Positions 28,597 through 40,345 of a stretch of 64,000 nucleotides of DNA are shown piece after piece. Origin of the DNA: the human T2T-CHM13v2.0 reference genome, Homo sapiens; the NCBI RefSeq assembly GCF_009914755.1, contig NC_060925.1. One strand, written 5' to 3'. The notes beneath the pieces are model-generated. The model saw nothing but the letters and a program-made list of their open reading frames with translations, ran no database searches and was not told where the DNA came from. Both the position numbers and the translations under genes were made by a program. How positions within the stretch are numbered: position 1 is the stretch's first letter; each line of letters opens with the position of its first letter.

Positions 28597-28653
28597 AATG
28601 AGTGACATCCCAACAACATTGTACAAATGAGTGACATCCCAGAACACTGTACA
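28597..28653. repeat. Tandem duplication of about 29 bp
   Basis: aatgagtgacatccca...tgtaca present twice with small differences. Confidence 0.85.
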
Positions 28654-28762
28654 AAGACACACTTGACTGCATTTTCTGAGGACCTTGCAGGAGCACTGAG
28701 GACAGCCACCTGCTACAGAGGCAAAGGAGGAGTGAGCATTACTTGGGCCTCCCACGCCTTAC

Positions 28763-29037
28763 CTTCGGGGCGAGCCGTCATCATGGGGCTGGATGATGAC
28801 CACCTTCACAGTCACAGAAGTACGGAGCAGGTCGATCATCTGCTCGTGGGTCAGAGTGGCCACGGCTACTTTGCAGATCTCCACGAGGCGGCTCCCTTGG
28901 CGAAGGCCAGCCTTCCAGGCAAAGCCAAAAGGTTCCACATCTGCGACAATTCCTTCAAAATTCACATGGAAGCCAAGCTGGCCCAGCCCGTTCCTCCTCA
29001 GGGTCATTTCCACAGTCTCGCAGCCTCTCGTCACTAT
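28763..29037 (-). CDS. SIPA1L2: SIPA1L2 coding exon, 275 nt, PDZ domain [25 protein letters not shown]...HDDGSPR
   Basis: Acceptor cccccttag|ATA, donor AAG|gtaagg; phase 0 to 2; GQLGF carboxylate-binding loop. Confidence 0.97.
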
Positions 29038-30068
29038 CTAAGGGGGAAGGAGACTGTTAGAGATGCCCTTCCTGCCCAAGCTGCCATGGGGCTCTGCCAA
29101 AGGTGCACGTATGGGCCTCCATGCCAGCCCTCTCCCTTGGGCCCTCGCAGCCCAGCCTGTCTCTCTCTGCCTTTTCCTCAAACTGTCCAAGTGACAGGAC
29201 AAGGACACATTTAAGTTCAGAGCTGATCACAATTAACATTTGCATCAAGTGCAAAGAAAATAACAGAAGCAAAGCAATGGTTTCATTCTTCATTCTAAGT
29301 CATATCTGTTCTTGATACAGGTGTCCTGCTTTCTTAGATGTCACTGACCCAGAGCTTGAGAGCTTCAGATGGGCTCAGATAATTCCCGTTTTTCCTTTAT
29401 TAGGTAAATTGACTTGACTTTTAAGCATATAAATCCCATCGTTCTAGATGGATTTTTGCAATGGAAAACCTGTAAAGACTTTGTGGACCATTACAAGTTT
29501 CAACCAGCAAGCACTAAAAACCATGAGACAATTTATTCATCCCAAGCAAAGAAAAACACCCCAAAGCACTTGAAAGCTAACGCTTAAGAGCCCACTCTGA
29601 GGTTCAGGAAGGGCAGTGGCAGAAAGTCAGAGCTTTAGGAAAACTCTAAATGTTCTCTACGCACCAGCCCTGGGGACATACTGTGGAGTGTTCTGTCCCC
29701 TAGGGTCCTTCTCTTGAGGACAGACAACTGCCTATGCTTGCCTGAGTGGTGAGGACCACTCAGATCCATGGTGGGGGCAGGCCAGCCAGACTCCTTGGCC
29801 ATCTGTTCACAAGGCAAGTGTGTAGGATGGTGCTCTGGCAGGCAGCAGACAGACCCTCTGTGCTTATGGGCTGCCTCTCCTCCACTAGGCCTGTCTCCTA
29901 GGGGCTGAGGGCAGCCCCAAGCAATGGAAGCCTCAGTGTATGTACCTTACTCAAGAGTGAGAGAGAGTCAACAGCAGTTCCACAAAAAGGAACATGAAAG
30001 AAGAATGGTGGATTGCATCCCACTTGGTACATTAAAGCACCACTAATGCAGCCCTCAAAAGCACTCAC

Positions 30069-30110
30069 CGAGCATAGTTTACATCCAATGAAAGAAAAAC
30101 ATGGGCTCAT
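30069..30110 (-). CDS. SIPA1L2: Candidate alternative first or cassette exon, coding part MSPCFSFIGCKLCS
   Basis: ATG at 30110-30108, 14 codons, then near-consensus donor TCG|gtgagt in phase 0, matching the phase-0 acceptor of the PDZ exon. Confidence 0.6.
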
Positions 30111-30893
30111 TAAGTAACACCCGATGACTATGACCTCACCTATCTGTGGGAATTTCAAGTTGGGAGGTATCATACTCCTATCCCCAAAAGCCCAGAGGCA
30201 ATGTATGAAGTTTCAGTTTAATGAACACTCCATTTCTATGAAACATGCTCTGACTACATAGATACCTATTTAATAAGACCTATGACAGTAAGTACAGCTG
30301 TGGGACTGGGGCTGGTTCATGTATCACCACTGTGTCTGATGTTTCCATGGTTACCACAAGTGCACACAATGCCAATCAGCTTTTCCCAGACAGGTATGAC
30401 AGTTCACGACTCAGCAAAATGCGGAAAGGGGACTGCTGGTTTTAGTTAGTGATGATGTTTTAGAATATTGATGTTTCTAAAGTCATGAACTGAAGTAACT
30501 AAAACTTGAAGAAGTAGTTCTGTAATAGGCACAACACAAATAAATTTTGGTCACTTCTTTTTCAACTTTGTTCTAAGCAATCCTATCAAAAGACGACACA
30601 TAAGATGTACCCAGCCTTCTTTCAAATATCAATGCGATTATCAGGTGAAGTTTATCATCCATGTATCAGGCTGAAGAGTTATTGGCTGAGCCTTTCCAGA
30701 GTCCTCCAGCTCTGGCTCTTCTGCTCATTTCCTCCAATCACCTGCCACCTCCCCTACTTTGTCTTTTTGCTATTTCTTTATCCCCTCTGTTTATTGCTTC
30801 CTAACATCCCCAAAGTCTGAAGTAAGGTGTTCTCCATGTATTTGGACTTCTTCCATGGACCCAATTATCACACGAAAATTGTAGTCTCCAAGC

Positions 30894-31074
30894 CAGGACT
30901 GGCTATGTAATTTGTGGGGCCACAAGAAAAATCAAAATGCGAGGCTCCTTATGAAAAAATTAGTAAGTATTTCAAGATGGCAATGGCAGAGCATTCAACC
31001 AAGCACGAACTCTTCTGAGAGCGGGTCCCTGTGCAACTGCATGGGTTGCACATCCGTGAAGTGAGCCCTGCCTG
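30894..31074 (-). mobile_element. MER45A-like hAT-Tip100 MITE
   Basis: caggactggctatgtaatttgtggggcc...atttcaagatggcaatggcagagcatt...gccctgcctg. Confidence 0.75.
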
Positions 31075-32715
31075 GCCCTCTAGGAACAAACTCTCATTCT
31101 GCTCCTGTACTGTTACCTGCAAGACAGACCCTTTAGTTCCACTTTCCACCACCTGAGAATGGATACTGAGTTAACCATCTGCCAAACGGGCAGGCATTCC
31201 CAACATCTCCACTAAGACTGCATTCTTCTCTTTCTTCCCATTTCTGTTACTACCACTCTGCATCAACCCTTACGATCTAATCCCTTCAACAGTCTTTGGT
31301 CTGGCTTGTTTCCAACAGCTCATGTTGCAAGTCATCCTAGACACAGAATATAATTCCTAAAATATATTTGTAATATTGTGCATCTTGGTCACACTGACAA
31401 TACACTTTTCTAGGAAAATAGGATGGAGTCCATCGAATAGCAAATGTATAAAAGCCCATGTGTAAATATCCAGGGAAAGTACATTTTTGTGGTTGGTGAA
31501 GTGGTATTTGTGTTGTATTTTCAGAAGCACAGATTATAATGATTTGGTGGATATGCTAAAAAGAAGTATTTGCAATTAGCAAAAGCAGAATGCATCCAGA
31601 GACTCACCAGTATAATTCAAGTCAATTCTCTAGGTATATAAACTAATCATTTACTTAATCACCCCAAACTCTTATCTAGGCTTGCTCACGTATACCTGAT
31701 AATACTGTTGAACACACTGAGGCCCTTTACTGTAAACAGAGTCCACAAATAATGAAATTACTTTTCCAAGGCTAGCAGACACTGCCCTGATTTTACCTTC
31801 TCTTATACATGGTCTCTAATAACAAAAGGGAGGAAATATTTTTGGTGGGAGGAAAGGGGGCAAGAAATGGATATAATTTCTCCTTTTCTCATGATCCATA
31901 GTGAACTAAACCTTTTCTAATTAAAAAAAAAATTACATTCCTCTTGGGGGAAGATTTACACACAAGAAATTCTATTGTCAAAGCATGTTTTTTTCTTATA
32001 TTACCAAAAATAAAAACTAGAAGTAGTTTGATTTATTCTTACTACTTTATTTTATATGCTCAAACTAAAATCTTATTCTTACTTTGTTAAAATTGGGAGC
32101 AGAAATATGACTACTGAACACCATGGATAAAATATAAGGGTTTTGCACTAAAAATCACATACATGAAAATCTTTCTTAAGTCTAACTTTTCAAAAGCCTT
32201 TCTAAATTAATGTGTAATTCTGAAAAACTCCCTTAAGAAACTGTGGCTCTAAGATTAATAATATATTTAATCTGGCACATTAAACAAAAATAGCTGCTGT
32301 ATAAACATGCAGGGGTGAAACTGCAGATAGGACTCGTCATTCATACAGTCAACAGCAATTCTGTTGTTAATTACCCACTGGGAAGGTATGTTATGTCAGC
32401 CTCCATAAACAGACATTCTACCCAGACACTTCTGTTTTTCCTTCAAATGCTACTAAAATACATCTTAATGTTCTCTTTTGCAGGTTGGCTTAACTTTTCT
32501 TTTCCAATTGATTTATGATGGTTGCTTCTCCACCATTCATGTATTCAACAACTCCCCAAAAGGACCCAGCATTTAAAATTAAGCTCTGTATCTGTAACAA
32601 ATAGTAATGCATTCCCTAATTGGTATAATCATGGTAGCAGTTCCCCAGTGAAAGTTATTTTGAATCTGGAATTGAAAACATAAGGATGGCGGGAAAATAG
32701 AAAACATGTACTTAC

Positions 32716-33292
32716 TACTAATCGCTGAACAATTTCCCTGATGTCTTCAGCACAGTTGTCTACCGAGGACAGGAGGACACATTCTCCTCTTTCGTAAAAC
32801 ACTTTGATACTCACTAATCCAGATGTCCACCCAATCACATCCCTGCAGGAACAGTTGAATACAACATTCTTGGAATCCTTTTCAATCAACATGATGAACT
32901 CATTGGAGATCCCGAGAAGACATTCAATGTCAGCAGACTGGCCGAAGTCCCGGGCTATCACGTGCCACATGATGGCCCCAATGCTAAACAAGTGGGCATC
33001 CTTCCTTGGCTTTACCTTCTCCTTTTTCTTCGCACCCAGCGTAATGAAGCTGAACTTCACAGAGGTATCCACGGTGGCGGTTGTGACAAAGTTCTCCGCC
33101 AGATCTTTCAAGTACTCCTGCCTCGTTCGAGTGGCCATTGCTCGAAACTTTTCTGATTTATGGGCTGCATTTTCTGCATTGATTACTTTGGCTAAAAGGA
33201 AGTCCCGGAACACGGCTGACTTTGGAAAAGTTACACCTTTGGGAATCGGTGGGCCAAATGGTGGCACATCTTTTGATCTGGAAACTCCAACA
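32716..33292 (-). CDS. SIPA1L2: SIPA1L2 coding exon, 577 nt, [17 protein letters not shown]...[10 protein letters not shown]; end of RapGAP plus linker
   Basis: Acceptor ttcctcag|T, donor GTA|gtaagt; phase 2 to 0; overlaps ORF 32629..33267; [12 protein letters not shown] motif. Confidence 0.96.
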
Positions 33293-33362
33293 CTGAGGAA
33301 GTAAAAACAGAAACAAAATGAGATGAGCTATGATACCATAATATGTATCTTTCCGAATTTGA

Positions 33363-33369
33363 CATATAT

Positions 33370-33408
<39 letters not shown>

Positions 33409-33437
33409 CACATATACATACACACATACACACACAC
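33363..33437. repeat. (CA)n/(TA) compound microsatellite; reads (UG)n in the pre-mRNA
   Basis: Directly visible; about 70-145 nt upstream of the 577-nt exon acceptor. Confidence 0.97.
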
Positions 33438-33549
33438 TTTCAACTTAACTGGTTTATTCTGCAAGTTCTTGTTCTCCTAATTGCTGCATACCCAGGGTTT
33501 GTTGTTATTGTTGTTTAAGCAAAATGCTTTAAACTTAGTAGACAGGAGG

Positions 33550-33951
33550 TGTAATGGGCTGAATTATGTCCCTCTCAAAATCCACACGTTGACAAGATAA
33601 CCCATAGTTCCTGGGAATGTGACGCAATCTGGAGAAAGGACCCTTAAGGAGGTGGCTAAGTGAAACCATTCGGGTGGGCCCTAATCCAACTGACTGGTGT
33701 CCTTATAAGAGGAGAAAATTTGGGCTTACAAAGAGACACCAGGGATGTATGCACACAGAAAGAAGACCATGTGAAGACACAAGGAGAAGACGGCCATCCA
33801 TAAGCCAAGGGGAGAGGTCTCAGGAGAAACCAATCCTTGCTGACACCTTGATCTTAGACTTCCAGCCTCTAGAACTCTGAGAAAATAAAAGTCTGCCGTT
33901 TAAGCCACCTAGCCTGTGGCATTAGTACGGCAGTGCTACCAAACTAATACA
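33550..33951 (+). mobile_element. MLT1B/C solo LTR (MaLR)
   Basis: tgtaatgggctgaattatgtcc...gacttccagcctctagaactctgagaaaataaa...ctaataca. Confidence 0.9.
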
Positions 33952-34386
33952 GGGGGTAACACATCCACAGCATGTGGAATAAGCAGGCTGGCACTCTATA
34001 ACTCTGTGGGGCTGGTTATCACTGGGAGAAACAGTAGCTCTTCTGACCAAAGTGGGTTTAGCCCACGTTAGCTGCATGGGATTCAGTGACGTGGGACAGA
34101 GTGATCATACTTACAAGAGCCAAAAGTTTTAAGTGTCACTTTTTTAAAGGAAATGCTCACTTTACTTGATCACATTTTGAAAATCTAAATGAAGGTTTTA
34201 TGGGAGCAAAGTTTTAAGGGATCTCAGGGACTGAAGAGATCAAATGCACAGTGTTAATAATGAGCATTGTAATCTATTAAAACCAATAACGCTCCCCTAC
34301 ATCAGAGAGTTGCTTTAGTTATCTCATATCCTTTTCTGCATAAGATAAATTATACAGTGGACTAATGAATTAACAAAGGAAGGACT

Positions 34387-34700
34387 GGCCAGGTGCGGTG
34401 GCTCATGCCTGTAATCCCAGCACTTTGGGAGGTCGAAGCGGGTGGATCATGAGGTCAGGAGATTGAGACCATCCTGGCTAGCACGGTGAAACCCCGTCTC
34501 TATTAAAAATACAAAAAAATTAGCCGGGCGTGGTGGCGGGCGCCTGCAGTCCCAGCTACTCAGGAGGCTGAGGAAGGAGAATGGTGTGAACCTCGGAGGC
34601 GGAGCTTGCAGTGAGCCGAGATCACGCCACTGCACTCCAGCCTGGGCGACAAAGCAAGACTCCGTCTCAAAAAAACAAAAACAGAAACAAAAACAAAAAA
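34387..34700 (+). mobile_element. AluY/Sc-like element
   Basis: Full dimer with (A4-5C)n tail; TSD-like aacaaagga. Confidence 0.95.
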
Positions 34701-36249
34701 ACAAAGGAAAGATTAAGACGAGTAAGTGAATGAATGGATTCTGTATCACTGGCAGCATTGAGAGCACCCCAATTACTGAGTAGCTACCACAGACCAAGAA
34801 TCTGTATTAATCCCACATCTGCCCAGGCTGATGTTGGAGTAAAGAAAGGAAGCAATCTTTGTTTTGTTTTCATCATTGTGGAAAATTCTAAAAAAGGTAA
34901 ATTAAGGAATAAAAACATTCCATCCAAATTTGTTCTGTCAGATGCAAACTCCTCTTCTGAAATGTGGTTGGTTAGACTTTAGAAAAATCGCAGGCTAACT
35001 TGTGCTTTAATCTGCAACCTCTTCAGCAGAGTTAATCACCTGTAGCGGCAAGACAGACAGGTGGCTAGATGGGTCCTTCACTGATATGAAAGGGAAGCAA
35101 TGACTGCTTTGCTTTGGGACAGATACACCGAACTCATCAATAGCACCTAGTGGTGCTTTATGGTAGTATATATACCATACCAGAGGGTATGTGTGTGTGG
35201 GAACTTGACTTACGGGCTTAAATGAAGGAAAGGTCCTTAAAAACATCACAGAGGTTGACGCTGCCAGGGATCTACATCAGGTGTGGCCCATTTTCCCCTC
35301 ACCACCATCCTCAGGATGGCCATTCTAGACTGGGAATTAATTTATCCCCCACAATCCCCCATGTTAACTCTGGGAGAGTGGTCTTAAAGCTACCTGTTTG
35401 GACTTGTGATTAGTCTAACCACATCCTGTGGCTTCTCTTCTCTACGCTGTCAATGAGCTCAAAGGGTCTCTCTGTGCACTGCAACCTGCCCTGCAAATAT
35501 TGGGTACGATAAACCAATGTATCACCGCTCCTAAATTTGGTTCTCTCTTTCAACAGTGAGTACAGATTTCTAGCAGTATTTTACCCATGGAACGCTGAGG
35601 CGGCCAAATGTCATCTGGCACTCCAGTGCATTACTTCTTTGCATTAACTCTGTAGATCTCATGCTACCCTCTGAGTGCAGCTTGCATGCACTTAAGCTAC
35701 AATGTCAGGGGAAATTTCTTGTTATCTAAATATGCTCCACTGTGGTGTCACATAGTAAATAAGAGAGACATGGTGACTCCATTATATAGTAGGGAAATTT
35801 TTTGTGTATCCAATTATAGACCCTAATATCTAATTGCAGATTCTCTGTACAATGTATGCCATATTCTTGTTCAATAAACTGTATTCTTGCACATCTCAAA
35901 GTTGTACAAGAAAACCAGCAGAATGTAAGCATGGCTATTCCATGATTGTTATGATATTCTGGGTATGGGAATCAATTAGAGACCCTTGGTTACAAAAGCT
36001 CATAGGATCCTTAACATTTCAAGTAGAGTCAAGTTCAGAAGAAATATTCTTTTGCCAGATTCAGATAATTCCCATTGTGTGGAAACGAGAACTTACATCA
36101 GAGCTCCTTATTTCACCCAAATAACTCGATAGCATTTATTAATGATTTAGGGGCCTTAGATATTTAAGGCCCCTCCAGCAAAAGCAAACAGAAAGATAAG
36201 CATTCCTTAATATGCACATGAAAGGGTTTTAACAAGGCCTGCTGGCCAA

Positions 36250-36470
36250 AGGACAATAAAGAAAGGTGTGAGGAGCAAACTGGAGTCAGGTAACTCCCGG
36301 AGTCAGGGAATCCAGCTCTACCACCTCCTGAGTGACTGAGCTAACTACACTAATCCTTCAGTGCCTCCCTGCCCTCATCTGTAAAATGGACGGTAAAATA
36401 GTATCATACCCAAAAGCCCATTGTAAGGATGATAGAAAATAATGCATGTAAAGCTTTTATTACCCAAATT
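36250..36470 (+). mobile_element. MIR SINE
   Basis: ctcatctgtaaaatgg...ttgtaaggat...aataatgcatgtaaagc. Confidence 0.75.
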
Positions 36471-37672
36471 GTTGCTGTTACTGTCACTATTACTATCATA
36501 GTTGTTGTGTTAATAAATGATTTAACCCTGTCACCTAATTTTTGTCAGAAGATGTTACATATTAGATTTTCTAAAAAATGGCAGTCATCATTTTCTATAG
36601 GTATCTCTCCACTTTTAATTCACTCTTAGCTACCAAGACTTCTCTCATTCCGTTACTGAGCATTTTGCAGAGAGTTTATCTTGGAAAGTACATAAAAACA
36701 TAAATGCCTGACAGCTTAACATTAGCTACAAATTAAAGAGTCTTTTATAAAGAAATAGGCAATTTGTTATGTCTGCTTTTTAAATATTTTCAGGCTGAAA
36801 GTGAGATGTTTCGTGGGGCTCTGGGGGTGTTGCCTCATTTCTCCTAGTTCCAGTGGACCCAGCATAACTGCTCGAGCATTCTGCTGCGCTCATGGGGGAG
36901 GCCTGACTCCCTCTGTAGGGTGGGAGTGTGGTCTTCTGCTCAGGCAGGTACACCTGACAGGCTGCACGATTTTCATTAGAGAAGGTGATCTCAACCGCAC
37001 AGCCCCTTCTGACAGCTGTAAGGCCTATGAATTGGCATTGGTACCGTGGGTCCGCGTCAGCAAGAATACGCTGCCACTCAACACCCGAAAAAAGCTCAGG
37101 AGAAAAACAGCTTTCACGGGAGCTTGCCACTCTGGATTAGGACATAGCAAAATTTAAGAAAACTGTAGAGCTGGACTATACCATTTCCTTGGAAATTATT
37201 TTAATGAATTTATTTCTCCATTGGAATATTTAGAGGAGTATCACATGAAACAGACCAATAAGGTGTTTTTAGAAAATGTGGGCATGCCAACCTTATTTCA
37301 TGAGATAGAGTAAGGACAGCTTCATAAAATGTTATGGAATTCATGTGACTACAGGATTACTCAAGATTATTATTGATTCTTCAAGAAATACTAGTGATGT
37401 TTTTAAGCAAGATCAACGAAGCTGATGAGGCACTTCCAAAAATGTTAGGCACTTGAACTGATGTTGCATTTGAATCTCATTAGTAAAGGTTAATTTAGTA
37501 ATAACAATGTGGTTTCTTAAAAACCAATGACTCCATCTCTGAATGATTGGCATATGGTATCTTTATCACAGAAAAAATAAGGCAATGTACTTTGTTATAT
37601 GTAAGAGATCTCTGTGGTGTTTTCAAAAACATTAATTAAATATATTCAAAACATTTAATTAGATTCAAAAAC

Positions 37673-37771
37673 ATTTATTTCTTTTAGGTTTTCTGGTTTT
37701 AATTAAACAACTCAGTTTTTTAATTAAACAGAGTTGTTTAATTAAAACCAGAAAACCTAAAAGAAATAAAT
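37673..37771. repeat. Perfect inverted repeat, 41-bp arms, 17-nt spacer
   Basis: 37673-37713 is the exact reverse complement of 37731-37771. Confidence 0.97.
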
Positions 37772-38479
37772 TGAACAGGTATTGCCTATCTTTACAATTT
37801 TTTGTGCTAATGAATTACCTCATGATATAAGCATAAAGATAGCAAGTAATTTAAAGTACTCCATTTGACCTAAAAATAGCCACCCATAAAATAACACCAA
37901 ATACAATACGATAAAGCCTTATACTTCAGTTTTCCCAATCCAATTAGGAAGGTTCATTTTATTCTTCAGAATTACCATTCGCTGGATGAGCTCCCAGGAA
38001 AAAAAGGCCAACTCACCAGGTTTGTACCAATATTATCTATTTTAAGCCTATCATTTGTATAGAGTAGATACTATATTCTTTCAAATATCACTTTTAAAAA
38101 GTAGTTCTGAGCATTTAGGCCAGTGGTCTGAAACCCAGATGTGCGTAAGAATGACTATGGAGGGAAGTATAGAGATGACAGGTGTACTGCATTAGAACAC
38201 AGCACAGTAGAGCCATAGACTAGGGCTATGTTTAATAAGGCGACTGGGAAGTAAAATTCAGGGTAAGAACTGATGGTTTTCAGACTTTGTTCTAAGATGG
38301 CTTGGGCATCTGTAGGGTGGGATGTAAAATGGCAACTTCTCAAATACAGACTAATTTCTCTTGTGCCTTTAGGAAGCAAGCTCTGTAGTCTTCACTTTCT
38401 TACAAGGAATAGTCGTGTCTCTGAACTAGGCCCAGTGGGCAGCTGAATTGGCAACTACTGTTTTAAGATGATAAATGAA

Positions 38480-38700
38480 AATAATCTTGGATGAATGTCA
38501 GGAACTCCCATAGGTGTTTTACATAATTTAAGCTATTTATTCATCATAACAACATACTGAAGTAGGTACTATCATTACCATTATCTTCAATTTTAAGATG
38601 AGGAATCAAATGTTAAGAAAAATAAAGTAAGCCACACAAAGCCCTATGATAAGTGGTAAAGCTGGTTTCAAACTCTGGTCAAAGACCCATTGTTTTACCA
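38480..38700 (-). mobile_element. MIR SINE
   Basis: aagtaggtactatcattaccattatcttcaattttaagatgaggaatc. Confidence 0.7.
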
Positions 38701-39244
38701 ATACCCCACATGATATGATCATTTGGCTGCAGTTATTCCCTAAGATTTCCTAAGACAGAGTCTAAGAGTAGTGGTTAGGTATAAAAGCAGGCCTTGTCAG
38801 AGCCAGTCTTGGGATTCCAAGGCACGCATGTGGCCTTTTGAAGTCACCCAACAAGTGTTAACCTCTTGTTTCAGCAGCCCTGCAAAGATCCAAGATCTTT
38901 GATGAAAAGAAATGTTTTACTGCCACTATACTTACTTCTCCTAGATAAGCACTTAACCAGCCACTTCATCCAACTCAGAGGAGGATACCAATTAAGCTAT
39001 TGATTCTGGCTCAAGTTTTTAGGAGAAAAACAGAGGAAATGTGTAATCCACCATTTTAAAGTGCTAGGCATTTCACTTTTTCAAGGGGATAAAATGGGAA
39101 GAAGGCAATTATTTCTTACAGAAAGTGAGTAATTAGAAAATCACAAAGTTGCAAATAATAATTGGCAAACAAAGATAATTTTGGGAAAAGACGCCCTGTT
39201 GAAATAAACCTGGGAGAATGACAGATCAGGGATGACTGACTCAC

Positions 39245-39402
39245 CTATAACACACATTTTCGGTACATGGATTATGCACTTTGACTATGACAAAGACATG
39301 CTGAAAGTGAGACCGGATGCTTTTTGGAGTAAAAGGAAGTGCCCCAGGCTCCTGGAAGACGATGGTGACGATGTCATTTCCTATGTGCCTTTTCCTCAGT
39401 AG
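39245..39402 (-). CDS. SIPA1L2: SIPA1L2 coding exon, 158 nt, [20 protein letters not shown]...CTENVCY; contains the catalytic Asn thumb
   Basis: Acceptor gaccacag|CTA, donor TAG|gtgagt; phase 0 to 2; RKRHIGND catalytic helix of the Rap1GAP family (Asn codon at 39376-39378). Confidence 0.97.
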
Positions 39403-40049
39403 CTGTGGTCAAGAAAGTGAAGAGTTACAAATAAGTTTTTCTTTAAAACAAAATATATATATAATTCACTCATCTTTCAATTTGAAGGAGTGATTTTTAA
39501 AAAGCACAGTCATTCTTTGGAAGTCAGTGCTCCTAAATTTGGCATAGAAAAAGCAAAATGGGCTTCATCCAAAAGACCCGTGGAAAGAAAAGCCTAAATA
39601 TTTAAGTTTATCTCTTTTATTTTAAAATTCAATTTGTACTCTCTCTCCTTTTGGTCTTTATCCAGTTCCTCTTTTTAAACCCCTAAAATAATAGCATGTT
39701 AGAGCTCACAACACTTTGAGAAATGTTGTAGTTTAAGCTCTAGAAGACAAAGTCCAAGAGAGGGTACAGGTTTGCTGAAAAGTCCTACACTATCACACCG
39801 GCGGGCTTCAGCTTGTATCCTGTGCTCCCACAGTAAAGTAACGTGCATTTCTGCAACAAAAATACAGAACACTGTCATTCTGGTGAGCAATAATACAAAC
39901 CAATTAACTGAACCCTGGCCGTTTAAAATGCAATTCAGAAACACAGAATTCAACTGGATTAATAACCAGAAGCCCAATCATTCGTAATTTTATAAATCAC
40001 AAATCTGGCAGGGGGAATGATGCTCAGAGCAGTAACACTTGACCAACGC

Positions 40050-40345
40050 CTTTACTTTTGATGTTCCTTCTGCCAAGAATGCCCCCTTCCCTCCAGGTTT
40101 CTCCCAGACAATGTAGTTGTCTCTGTAGATCCCATTTCATCTGAAGGAAACTTCCTATTTCCCGGGCCTATTTCTATTACACTGGTTGTTGTACTGTCTC
40201 CTAATGGTTGGTTTACTTCTTCTGCATCAGGTCATAACCTTCATGAGGGCACAGAAGTGTCATACTGATTTTCAGTTTCCTAGTTTCTAATGGTGTGCCA
40301 GGCAAAGGAGGTACCCAATACACATTTGTTTAACAAATAAATAAT
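40050..40345 (+). mobile_element. L2 3' fragment
   Basis: tgttccttctgccaagaatgccc...ttcatgagggcacaga...caatacacatttgtttaacaaataaa. Confidence 0.6.

Noticed and set aside
28627-29214. 195-aa plus-strand ORF (also 32804..33304 and 13047..13412)
   Set aside because: These are antisense shadows of real SIPA1L2 exons, with no independent gene signals or recognisable domain.
36780-37157. Pair of overlapping ORFs of about 117 aa in a slightly GC-rich patch
   Set aside because: No homology recognised; it may be an enhancer, but the sequence alone does not support a call.
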